This document shows positions 23,803-35,276 of a stretch of DNA of 64,000 bases, one piece after another. The number at the start of each line of letters is the position of its first letter. The stretch's first letter is position 1. The notes below the pieces were generated by a model. It was not told the origin of the DNA and ran no database searches. It saw nothing but the letters and a program-made list of their open reading frames with translations. The DNA is taken from contig NC_085845.1 in the NCBI RefSeq assembly GCF_035594765.1, forward strand, positions 173,616,897 to 173,680,896, written 5' to 3'. This stretch comes from Anolis carolinensis. Its lineage: Eukaryota. The translations under genes and the position numbers were made by a program.

Positions 23803-24246
23803 GGGCCCTTCCAAACAGCCATATAACTCAGAATATCAAGGCAAAATAACCCACATCTGGGTTGTTGTGAGTTTTTTGGACTGTATGGCCATGTTCCAGA
23901 AGCATTCTCTCCTGACATTTCACCCACATCTATGGTAGGTAGGTTGTGAGGTATATTGGAAACTAGGCAAGGAACGTTTATATATTTGTGAAAGGTCCAG
24001 GGTGGGAGAAAGAACTCTTGTCTGTTGGGTTGCTGCCATGTGGGCAAAACGTCAGGAAAGAATGCTTCTGGAACATGGCCATACAGCCCAGAAAACTCAC
24101 AACAACCCTGTGATTCTGGCCATGAAAGTCTTCGACAACACATTAACCCACAATATCTGCTTTGAACTGGACTATCAGAGTCCACACTGTCATATATCCC
24201 AATTCAAAGCAGATAATGTGGGATTTTATTAAGCTGTGTGGAAGGG
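23803..24246. mobile_element. Palindromic MITE (gggcccttcc...ggaaggg) containing an inverted Penelope insertion at 23857-24143
   Basis: Penelope TSD taacccaca; the MITE resumes after the insert. Confidence 0.8.
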
Positions 24247-25029
24247 TTAACCATTAACCCTTTGCAATCTAGTAGCTGTAACACACCTGTGATACCAGTG
24301 TGTTTCCCTTCACTGCCACCTGGGTGTGCTTTTTTTCTGCATTACTTTATAGAAGCAAGATAAAAAGACAACCTGTGCTAAAAGAAAATGGACATTCTTA
24401 CTTGCATGCAATTTCTTACCCCCAAACAGCAGCTTCTGGGTTAGCACTTCAAGTTAGTCTTTAGGAAAACTCTTTAAAGCGTCAAAAATCATTCTCCTTC
24501 TCAAACAGGGACAAGTCCTCCCATTGAACAAACGCTTCCCAGCTTCTTCCTTGCATGACTTCAAAAAGAATTGCTGTTTTTAATTACCGCTCAATGCACT
24601 TAAAGAGACTGATTCCAAGGGAGCTTCCAGTTGTGTAAAAACATTTGCAGCTACCCGCAAATGAAAGCCGTTTTATGGTATCACCTGGGGGGAAAAAACC
24701 ACACAGGCCTTGGACTTGCTCCCTGCAACTGAGAAAAAAGAGAGGGATAAAAAAAGCTGTTTTCTCATTGACATCTATAATGGCATGGCACATTGTAGAA
24801 TTAAGCCAGTTCGAAACCACTTTAACTACTATGGCTCAGTGCTATGGAGTCTTGGGAATTGTACTTTGTGCCTAAGAGGGCCTAAAATACAGATTCCACT
24901 ATTCCACAGCAGTTAAAGTGATGTTAAACCACTTTAGAACCGCATTAATTATAAAGTGTGGATGCACCCTCAGACGCCCCTTTTAAATTACAACTTAAAA
25001 AATATATTCCTTCCTGCTAAGCAACTCAC

Positions 25030-25225
25030 CTTTCAGAACTGAGCGTCCACACTGCACGTCTGCCGCATCTGGAGCGCTTCTATCGCTGTCTACAGTCCTC
25101 TTTTAAAAAAAGCAATGAATACAAACTTTTCTCCAAGGGGGCGGTGGGAAGCCCCGCCCTCTCGGCACCTTTTGATTGGCTGCAAGGACCACCCTTATTT
25201 GCATGCGGCGTCCTCATTGGCGGCT
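25030..25225 (-). promoter_or_regulatory. Probable TRIOBP promoter and non-coding first exon
   Basis: CpG-rich non-repeat patch. Donor AAG|gtgagt at 25030/25029; TATA-like TTTTAAAA near 25101-25110; GC boxes at 25137-25144 and 25151-25159; two CCAAT boxes on the minus strand (25174-25180, 25215-25221); octamer ATTTGCAT at 25197-25204. Confidence 0.65.
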
Positions 25226-25447
25226 CTGCAGACAGCTTGGTTCCTCTCCCTCTCTATAGGGCCGCCTTTCTCTTCCAGCAATCCCTTGCCTCGCTTTGGT
25301 GCCAAACCAGAGTTGCCTTTATGCTTAATGAGAAGGGAAATGAGAAAGGCACACATAATAGGACACGGCATCTGTTTCGAGCCCCATTGCTTCGCTTCCC
25401 CCTGGAGAAACACTTCTGTCTCTTTGCCTTCTTATTTGTGGCCCTTT

Positions 25448-26691
25448 GGGTGCATCCACACTGTAGAATTAATGCGGGTTGACTCCCACTTTAATTGCCA
25501 TAGCTCAGTGTTCCGCACCGGGCATGTGTATTCAACAGCAGAGTAGCAAAGTGCAAGGGCAGATGTCTTTACTGTGTATGTTTGTGATCCCCAGGTTCTG
25601 TCAGTCAACTTTCATACAATATTATTTCTAGCATCCACTTTTGGCTTGTGCTTCTTTTAAGTCAGAGCACGGCCCAGGGTCACTCCTAAGTATAACTCCC
25701 TGTAATAGGAAGTAAGAGCACCTAAAGTTTCAGAAAACTTCTGTCCAACCATTTCAAAATCTCTGATAGGGCGTTGATGGCATGATCGTCAGCATAGATG
25801 AAGCTCTCTGTCCCTTAAATCAATGCCTTAAATCAAGAAATCAGGATTGTTGTATGTTTTCTGGGCTGTATGGCCATGTTCTAGAAGTATTCTCTCCTGG
25901 TGTTTCGCCCACATCTATGGCAGGCATCCTCAGAGGTATCTTTGGAACACAGGAAAATACCTTACAACCTCTAAGGATGCCTGCCATAGATGTGGGCGAA
26001 ACACCAGGAGAGAATACTTCTAGAACATGGCCATAAAGCCCGGAAAACATACAACAACCCTGTGATCCCGGCCATGAAAGCCTTCGACAACACAATCAAG
26101 AAATCATTTTCTAATATGTACAGAGAGATACTCGCAGGAACACCTCAGCAAGCAAGAGTCCAAAAGTGGCAGGCTAAAACCCAGAACCTCAATCCATGAC
26201 TGATACTGAATGAGAGACTCCCTCCTGGGCACACAGAAGACTGGGCAACTTTGAAGGTGCTGAACATGAGATGCAAAGCTAAGCTTCAGAAATGGGGCTA
26301 CAAAGTGGAGTCCACGACATGCGAGTGTGGAGAAGAGCAAACCACAGGCCACCTCCTGCAATGCAGCTTGAGCCCTGCCACATGCACAATGGAGGACCTT
26401 CTTATAGCAACACCTGAGGCACTCCAAGTGGCCAGCTACTGGTCAAAGGACATTTAGTATCATGCCAAATTTTGAACATTGTGGTTCTAAATACAACTGT
26501 CCACTTGGTTTGCTTCTAACACAATAAATAAATAAGTGCTATGGAACTCTGGGATTTGTAATTTGGTAAAGCACTGGGACTCTTTGGCAAAGAAGGCTAA
26601 AGCAAACTACAACTCCCATTATTCCATATCAATGAGCCCTGACAGTTAAAGTAATGTCAAACTGAACTAATTCTACAGTTTAGATATACCC
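25448..26691. mobile_element. Nest: Harbinger-type MITE containing a 5'-inverted Vingi-type LINE (25511-26533), which contains an inverted Penelope (25842-26094)
   Basis: Minus-strand RT piece with FIYADD at about 25780-25815; plus-strand 3' end with taaa tail; Penelope TSD aatcaagaaatca. Confidence 0.8.
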
Positions 26692-29142
26692 TTAGAGCAG
26701 GCTGAGTACACTGTAGAATTAATCCAGTTTGACACCACTCTTATGATTCCATAGCATTGAGCAAAGTCCATCAAGGTGATGTAAAAGTGTATTTATTCTA
26801 CAGTATAGATGCACCCTTATTAAATGAGTCTATTCTATGCTGACAATATAATGCACTTTTTCAAACTGCATTATATGGCAATGTAGGTCCATCCTCAGTC
26901 ATTATTTATACACTGATTTTCCTCAGAACTAGGACCTAAAGTGGCTTACAATATAAAAAGCAATACAAGTAAAAAAACAGAAAGGTCAATATTTAAGTAG
27001 AATCAAACCTATCACAATGATGAAAACAATGGTTAAATATACTTTAAAAAATTAATGTAAAAGCTCAACTAAAACAACGCAGCATAGTCACTGGTTGCAG
27101 TAGCTGCGGGTTCCAAGAGTTTTAGTCCCCAAAACAAACGAACAAAAGGAATATTTCCAAAGGTGAACAAACTGCAGGCTTGTGGGACTTCATTTGTGTT
27201 TTATCGAATCCCAAAACCCACCATCTAAAACTATTATGAGCCCACACCTGGTTTTCAGTTCCAGAGCTGAATTTACAATCTTGTCACAGAAGCTCAAGTC
27301 AGGTTACCCCAATCTTCACTTTAGTAGACTAATTTAGATGGAGAACATATATATATTTTTTTTTTGCTGTTGTTCTTAAATTGTATAGGGATCTTTTTGA
27401 AGTCACTGAAAAAAATTCACTGGTCTATTCTGATGTATTTAAAATCCACCCATCATTTAGGAGATTATCTGCAACTGTGGATATTTTGTGCCTTTGCCAA
27501 AGGTCTCTGCTCCAGAATCTTGAAAATTTTGCATGATTTTCCCAGAGCTGACGAAAATATCTTTGGAACATAGGAAAATGCCTTACACTGAGTTGTACTG
27601 TTGGTTCATTTACCTTAGTATTGTCAACACTGGATGCATCTACACTGTGGAGTTTATGCAGTTTGACACCAATTTAATCACCATGGCTCAATGCCATGGA
27701 ATCATGGAAGTTTGACGAGAAAATAAGTTGTGGAGGCCCAAATCCTATTGTTAGACCTGGAGAGGACTCACTGAACTCAAGCTACTTGGTAAATCAGTAT
27801 TTAGATATATTCCATGGATCATTCTAACCTGGGACTCACAATAGGTCCTGGATACTGAATTACAGCTAAAAAGTAAATTTTCCCAGGTTCTGACCAGTTT
27901 ATAAAGTAGGATAGGGATGCATTGTGTTGCCCCCTGGATGGTGGATTGCAAGTCCCAGCATTCCCTATCATGAGTTAAATTGGCTGGAACTTCCAAGCCA
28001 ATAATATCAGGAATGTTATCCAATCGCAACCCCTGATCTAAAACATCCTCTCAATTTTTCTGGTAGGTTAATCGATAGGGTTACAATACACCACAGTTAA
28101 CTTGGTTTTCACTGCCATTTTATATTTTTCATATAACATTTTAAGCCTTTACTGCCTCACCTTTCCCTTTTCTCTCCATTACTCTGCCTCAAATAATGGC
28201 TCTTAGGACAGAACCGACCCCTCTTTATTTCACATTGATTATTCTTAGGCATGTGTCGTGCTATGCTAGCGGAAGGTTGCTAAAACTGAGCATCTTTCCA
28301 TTGGACCACCCAACATCTGACAGCTTTGTCTTCTGCACTGAAGTAGGAAAAAAGCTAATCCATTACATATTTGAGCCCAGACACAACATTTCAAATTATG
28401 GATGATTCCCAGATGTAGCAAGCCAAATGCAGATGGATCCTGCAATCCTATTGTACTACTGAGGCTGGATCTACACTGCCAGATAATGCAGTGCAGATCC
28501 AGCCTGAGATACCTGCCACTAAATGGGAGGTTATACGTGTAATCATGCAAATTGTTGTAGTGCAGCTCCCATCTGCTTTCTTCATGGGCTGAATTGACTA
28601 GAATCACAGAATTATAGATTCACAGAGTTGGAAGAGATCTCATGGACCATCCAGTTCAACCCCCTGCCAAGAAGCAGGAAAATCGTATTTAATACCAGTG
28701 ATGGCTCTACATTAAATATCATTGCATAGCTAGTGATGTAGTGGAGACAGGCTCATCCAGAATGGAAAACGTGATCATATTGATTAACAAGAACAAGGAC
28801 GTAATTGCCCATCCTCATCAGATTACCCTGTTCCCTCTGAAACCTGCTGCAAACTTCTCAGCCACTGGGATAGTGCAACAATATCCCAGCAAAAATATAT
28901 TGCTGCAAACCAAAGGTGTTGTAATGTAAAATCCTTGCCTTGATAGGCAGTTAAGGTTCCTTCACTCTACAAAAGATCTGCACATAGTGGAGATAACATT
29001 TGATTTGTCGACACAGCTGCCTGAATTGTTTTGAAATACAGACTATCATGATAAATATCTGCATTTCAGAATTTTCCAGTATACTGCTGCACATAGCGAC
29101 TGCAGTGAAAATACTAAGATTATATCACCAAACCCCTTTAAA

Positions 29143-29356
29143 AAGGTAAAGGTTTCCCCTGACGTTAAGTCCAGTCCTGTCTGACTCTGGGGGTTGGTGC
29201 TCATCTCAATTTCTAAGCCGAAGAGCCGGCGTTGTCCATAGACACCTCCAAGGTCATATGGCTGGCATGACTGCATGGAGCGCCATTACCTTCCCGCCGG
29301 AGTGGTACCTATTGATCTACTCACATTGGCATGTTTTCAAACTGCTAGGTTGGCAG
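29143..29356 (-). mobile_element. Sauria SINE (5'-truncated)
   Basis: aaggtaaaggtttcccctgacgttaagtccagtc... is the reverse complement of the BovB-related tail with (accttt) repeats. Confidence 0.88.
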
Positions 29357-31127
29357 TTACCCCTTTACTCACCCTCTAAATGCTGTTTATGAAGACAGAC
29401 CCAGAAATCACTCACTGAACTTCTTTTTCATCATATAGGCTCCCTACAAACACCCAAACAGACTTTTGAATATAGAAACAGCCACAAATAAACACCAGTC
29501 CAGCCTGGTGCTTCCACATGTAAGTGCTATGGAAGCCTGCTTGTAAAATGCCATCCATCCAGCTCTGTTGGACCAATGGGCAAAGGATGTTGGGATTTGC
29601 AGTGTAATAATAGATAATAATTGAATTGGAAAAAAAACTCTTTAAACAGTGAATCGTCCACTCAAGCACCCCTGAGAATGGCCTACCAAATCTGGAGGCT
29701 CCCACAGTTACCCAATCCTGGGAGATGTGATAGGTCCTCAAGGAGAAAGAATCAGACTCTGCTGATGGCTCATTGACCCACACAGAAATTGGTCCTGTGG
29801 TCAGTGTTGAATGTCTAAAATGAACCTTCATCTCTTTTTGGAAGGTGGGAGACTTCAGAGGTTTTATGGTAAAAATGTTTGGATGCTCTTTCTCAGGATC
29901 TGAAATAGCAAGCCACTCCAAACTCTTCTTGTTGGGAAGCGGGAGTACAATATGACCCCCTTCTCCACAGACCCACTTTCTAAATGTTTTCACTTTCCCA
30001 AAATATTCCCTCCCACGAGTATTTGTGGACCTAAGTTCCTCAATGCTATTCTGTGGTATGCTTTCAGCTCACAGATAGCTAAAATATAGGGTTCACTATT
30101 ATCTGCAGTTTCAGGTATCTACTGTGTGTGTGTCTGTTTCCATATCAAAGAGTGTGTATGAAGCACCTTGGAACAGAAACCCCATAGAGATGTGGGCTGT
30201 ACTTACATAGTTTGTTGCTCTATGTCTTCAAGTTGTTTCCAACTTTGGGCAGTCCCTAAGGCAAAGCTATCATGGAGTTTTCTTGGCAAGACTTGCTCAG
30301 AGGGGTGTTTGTTGTTGCCTTCCTGAGGTTCAGGGCCTTCCACAGAGCCATATAACCCAGAATATCGAGGCAGAAAATCCCACAATATCTGCTTTGAACT
30401 GAGTCCTCACTGCCATATATTCAAGTTCAAAGCAGAACTTGTGGGATTTTATCCAGCTGTGTGGAAAGACCTGAGAGAACGTGACATGCCCGAAGTCAGC
30501 AAGTGGGTTTTCATGGCTGAGCAGGGATTCAAACTCTGGCTTCCAGAACTGTAGACTAATACTCAGACCACTGGTATACCATTTTGACTCTCCCAGGAGT
30601 GTAGTACTAGCAGACTATTTGCATTTTATCTCTAAGTTGCAGTCTTCCTGTGGACATTTGGTTTGTTACAATGGGGGCAGAAGACAGGATGGGGCAGGAT
30701 AGGTCTTGTAATATGGTTCAGCATGGCTTTTGTTCATGCTGGCTGCATTACAGATAACTGATTCTGTTTCTTGGCACAGCTGTGACACTAATACTGGATG
30801 GGAAGAGGATGAGCCAGCATGCATCTCCCCTAGTGTTTGTTTGCATCACTTGGACAATTTTAAAAGGGAATTAGTCACACGCATGGAATAGCAGGCTATG
30901 AGCCACAGTTGGCTCTATATTGCTTTCACGATCACTGGCAGTATGTCTGTCTGTTCCAGTTCTTAGGAAACTACCCTACTCATGCCCCACTTGTGAGCGT
31001 CCCTGGGGAAGGCAGTAGGAAGAAAGGGAAGACCACACTACTAATAGACCAGCTCAATAAAGGAAGGCAGAGGCCAGAGTTTGCAAGATTTGAGCAAGGT
31101 GGTAATAACTGGGCTACTGGAAGACTC

Positions 31128-31270
31128 AGAGCCCTTCTACACTGCCATATAATCCAGAATATCAAGGCAGATAATCTGCTTTGAAATGGATTATCGGAGT
31201 CTACACTGCCATATAATCCATTTCAAAGTAGATAATCTGGATTTTATACAGCTTTGTAGAAGGGGCCTCA
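31128..31270. mobile_element. Palindromic MITE
   Basis: gcccttctacac...tgtagaaggggcc; same family at 30332-30470 and 45128-45420. Confidence 0.7.
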
Positions 31271-31589
31271 ATTAGCTTCACAGTAAGTGAGAATATGAGG
31301 CTTCCATGCTTGACTGATCCTTCACTGTTAGCTCTGTTGGCTGTGACTGATGGAAGTTGTAGTTCAGTAAAAATGACACATTTCCCTGCATTATATTGTC
31401 ATATCTTCACTAGGTTTCCATAAGGACTTGAATAAGAAAAGCTGTATTCTTTCAGCTGCTACTACTCCTTTCCACCTAAAGCAAAGGAAGCTGTCCAGAC
31501 CCTAAACCAGTGTCTGTCATCAGTAATGGACTGGATGAGATGGATCCGGTCCAAGCTATTTGGCTAACCGCATTCTCTTGTACAAACCT

Positions 31590-32010
31590 GCCTGGGCCCT
31601 GAGATCTTCAGGAGACCTTTCTCTCAGTCCCGTTGCCATCTCAAGCTTGGTTGGTGGGAACGAGAGAGCGGGTCTTCCTTCTTGGTGCCTGCCCGGCAAC
31701 TCTGGAACTCCTTGCCCAGGGAAGCGAGGATAGTCCCCTCCCTGCTATCCTTTCTGCAGCAAGGTAAAACCTTTTATTCAGGCAGGCTTTTAAAGATAAA
31801 GGTGTTTAAGACCATCAAGGGCTGCTGTGATTTTTTTTGATGTGATTTTATATGATTTTATGACTTTAACCTGGATTGTTTTAATATTAATGTTGCTTAA
31901 CACAGTTTTAATATTTGTATATTTTAAGTTGTATTGAAATGCTTTTAGTTGTGAGCCACTTTGAGTCTCCGTATCGAGAGAAAAAGTGGGATATAAATAC
32001 ACATAATAAT
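31590..32010 (+). mobile_element. L2 LINE 3' fragment (degraded)
   Basis: Aligns by eye with 19480-19940 (gagatcttcaggag...gggaacgagagag...ctctggaactcc). Confidence 0.75.
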
Positions 32011-32788
32011 AATACAGATGTAGGCTAGAAATGTGTTACATACTTTAAAATGTAATTAAGCATTTATATTTCAATTCTTGAAATTTCACAATTTTGGTCT
32101 TTTCTGTATAAGTTACCCCTATCTCTCTCCGGACAGCTAATCCTGTCCATTTTTATTTAACTAGTACATTACTAGTTAAATAAAAACAGTCGCTGAAGTC
32201 ACTGTTTGGCATTACACCAGTTCACTGTGGCTTGTTCTGTGCAGGCGAGGAATGTGACAGTACCAGACACGTCACTTAGAAATGGGACACATCTTCTCAT
32301 CTCTGCATGTTGAATTATCACATTAATCCTTTCACCCACACCATTCTCATGCCTGGGACAACTTTAGAGTAAAGAGAACACTTCTGACACATTGTACATG
32401 TGTAAAGCACTACCATTTAGAACCCACCTGTAGCAGGTACACATGTATATATTTGTATTGAAGAGATTGTTCTAATTTGTTTTCCTAAAAATAGTGAGCG
32501 TCCTATATTAACCAAGAAACCCGAAGATTCAAAGAAAAATGCGTAAAGTCATCCAATTTCCTTGAAGCTGCTCCTGCTGACTTTTAGCCATTTACTAGGG
32601 GTAGCCTAAACACTTAATCCTATGATCTGCATACCGAAATCCCCACATGATTGAGTCACAAGGTACACATAAAAGAGTTCAACCATCATATCATCCCACC
32701 CCACCTGCTAACTTCCTTGCATGCACCGTTCATTTCTGTGCTTTGCTAGGCTCTCTTACAAATAAACAAGAAGCAGTCTGCCTGGGGT

Positions 32789-33496
32789 AGGTAAAGGTTT
32801 CCCCGACATCAAGTCTAGTCGTGTCCAACTCTGGTGTGTGGTGCTCATCTCAACTTCTAAGCCAAAGACCCACTGTTGCCTGCAGACATCTCCAAGGTCA
32901 TGTGGAGGGCATGACTTCCCGCAACAGCAGTACCTATCGATCTACTCACGTTTGCATACCCTGTTTCCCCTAAAATAAGACATCCCCAGAAAATAAGACC
33001 CAGTAGAGGTTTTGCTGAATTGCTAAATATAAGGCCTCCCCCGAAAGTAAGACCTAGCAAAGATTTTGTTTGGAAGCATGCCCAACGAACAGAACACCAG
33101 AGCATACAGGGTTGGTAAATGTACATACCAAAGAGTGTTGTACATGGAAATAATGGTAGTAACAAGAAATTCTAGATAGGATTCACAGTTTGTCTGGTTA
33201 TGCTGGTTTGTGATGACAACTACTGTAGAGTATATAATAAATGTTCATTTTTTTTGTTCAACAATAAATGTGAATTCCTCTTCATGGAAAAATAAGACAT
33301 CCCCTGAAAATAAGACCTAGAGCATCTTTGGGAGAAAAAATTAATATAAGACAGTCTTATTTTCGGGGAAACACGGTATTTTGAACTGCTAGGTTGGCAG
33401 AAGCTGGGGCTAACAGTGGGAGCTCACCCCACTCCCCAGATTCAAACTGCCGACCTTTCGGACAAGTTCAGCAGCTTAGCCCCCTGTGCCACCATG
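32789..33496 (-). mobile_element. Sauria SINE interrupted by a Tc2-type MITE
   Basis: SINE halves 32789-32958 and 33377-33496 are collinear with 57199-57513. Confidence 0.85.
32959..33376. mobile_element. Tc1/mariner-superfamily (Tc2-like) non-autonomous element
   Basis: TIRs ccctgtttcccctaaaataagac / gtcttattttcggggaaacacgg; TA TSD; internal repeats of aaaataagac. Confidence 0.85.
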
Positions 33497-34512
33497 GGTA
33501 GAACACGTAAATTCTGGGGGCAGAGGAAACTGCACCTAGGCAATACATTCTGCACTGATTTCTATTTCCTGCATTCCCATTTTAGAACACATGCTTTCCA
33601 GTATTGTATCCCAGAGGCTTATGCAGTTCTATCAAAGTTTACGCCAAGGGGAGTCAGTAGCTGAATTCAACTGACAGGCTGCTGGGCCAGAGAAAATGCT
33701 ATCTGTCGTCAGAAAAACATTAGTTGGTGAAAGGGAACCGCAGCTGAGAAGGCCCTTTTCTCCAGCATCTGCCATAAACTGAAAAGCTTCCTAGATTACA
33801 CAGCCCAACAAAAATAAAATAAATGTATTGGTGTCTTGGCTATTAGGCCTGAGTTTCTCTAGGCCATTGTTTCAGAAAATTGCATTGGTCAGGTCGAATC
33901 AGCTCTAGTTTCTTAGATATGGTTATCAAGGTTTTCTCTGGATAAGCAGATGGTGACTGGTAGGTGACATATGTTATGTATCTCAAAAATAAAGCTGATA
34001 GGAGTAAAACTAGTGCTATTCTTGGAATCAGCAGATCAAATATACCCAGAAACAGGGCTAACATTCGAGGCACCAAAATGTGTATTGGGCAGTGTTATGA
34101 ATGTCAGCTTGTGTAGGCACTTGGAGGAAAAGACATGTCTGGACACCATTTTATAGTAGAGCTTGTCTCTTATTTGTCACTGTTACAGAGCACTACTTCT
34201 TCCACCTTTTTATCACTGAGGAAAAGATAGAGCACCTATTCTTTCAAAGGGGTACCCATTCCAGAAAGGAACATCAACCACGTGGCTCTTTCCTTACAAA
34301 GGCAAACAGAAGAAAAAGTTGTGAAGCACAGTCAGAAATCTTGTGTACAGTGTTAAGAGCCTTATGTTGATGCTTCCCACTCTCCAAAGATCAAACCAAA
34401 TATAAACAAAAAAATCAAACCACAAATACATACAATGGTCTTGGAATAATTTTAAAAAAGAGATTTATAAAGACGGAAAAGATATGCACAGGAGGATGGG
34501 ATAAGGTCCTTC

Positions 34513-34630
34513 AGATTGACATGGTCATGTTTCAGAGATCAAGGGGGCTACATCTTCATCACCTCCAGAAAGATTGACATGGTCATGTTTCAGAGATCAA
34601 GGGGGCTACATCTTCATCACCTCCAGAAAG
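34513..34630. repeat. Perfect 58-bp tandem duplication
   Basis: agattgacatgg...cacctccagaa repeated at 34513 and 34571. Confidence 0.95.
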
Positions 34631-35104
34631 AGCTCTAGTTATATGGTGTCACTATGGTTTCCATTTTGGGAGAAGGAGTGACTTGTATGCCTGGTGTTCT
34701 CTCTAAATGGTACGTAATAACCCCATTAAGATTTTTAAAATATTTTAAATGTGTTTGGCAGAGGAAAATGTCATTCTTTGGCCAAAATATGGGGTCCAGT
34801 CTTTAAGGAGAGAGTCAGTGGAGGATATCAAGGATGGTACATTCCCAATGGCTGTGTGATTCCCAATCCTGAGGTATGCATTTATCTCTTTAAATATGGA
34901 TTTGACCAGTCAGTGTTCATAGCATCAGATCTCCAGGTACAAATGGGTGAGACTAAATAGCTGGGTAGGAAATTCTGAGTCCAAAAATGTAAAAATTTCC
35001 AAGCTCTGAGTCTTCATTCATATAAAAATGGCCTTTCTCTGCATCCCAGCAATGTGATCTACACGGTCCTCCATGGTCCCACCATCTTCACTCCTATTTG
35101 CCCT

Positions 35105-35276
35105 TCATTCCTGGATGTGCCTCCTTTTGCCTGTCATTTTCCGGCGCTGTCTCTTGCTTGTACGTCCGGCAGTAGGTTTCTGGACTGGCTTCTTTTTGCC
35201 TTGATTGTGTCTTGTCAGCTTTCCTTTCTTCTTTCTCTGACTCCGGGAATGCAATGAGGCAGTGAGTGAAGAGATC
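35105..35276 (-). CDS. NOL12: NOL12 exon 6 (coding part, ends TGA)
   Basis: Acceptor tttatag|G; [19 protein letters not shown]...RHIQE*. Confidence 0.92.

Noticed and set aside
29412-29993. 193-codon non-repeat ORF between NOL12 and TRIOBP
   Set aside because: GTG start, no recognisable domain, no convincing splice sites; a conservation check would settle it
32959-33060. Regularly spaced aaaataagac repeats resembling a CRISPR-like array
   Set aside because: Subterminal repeats of a Tc2-like transposon in a vertebrate genome
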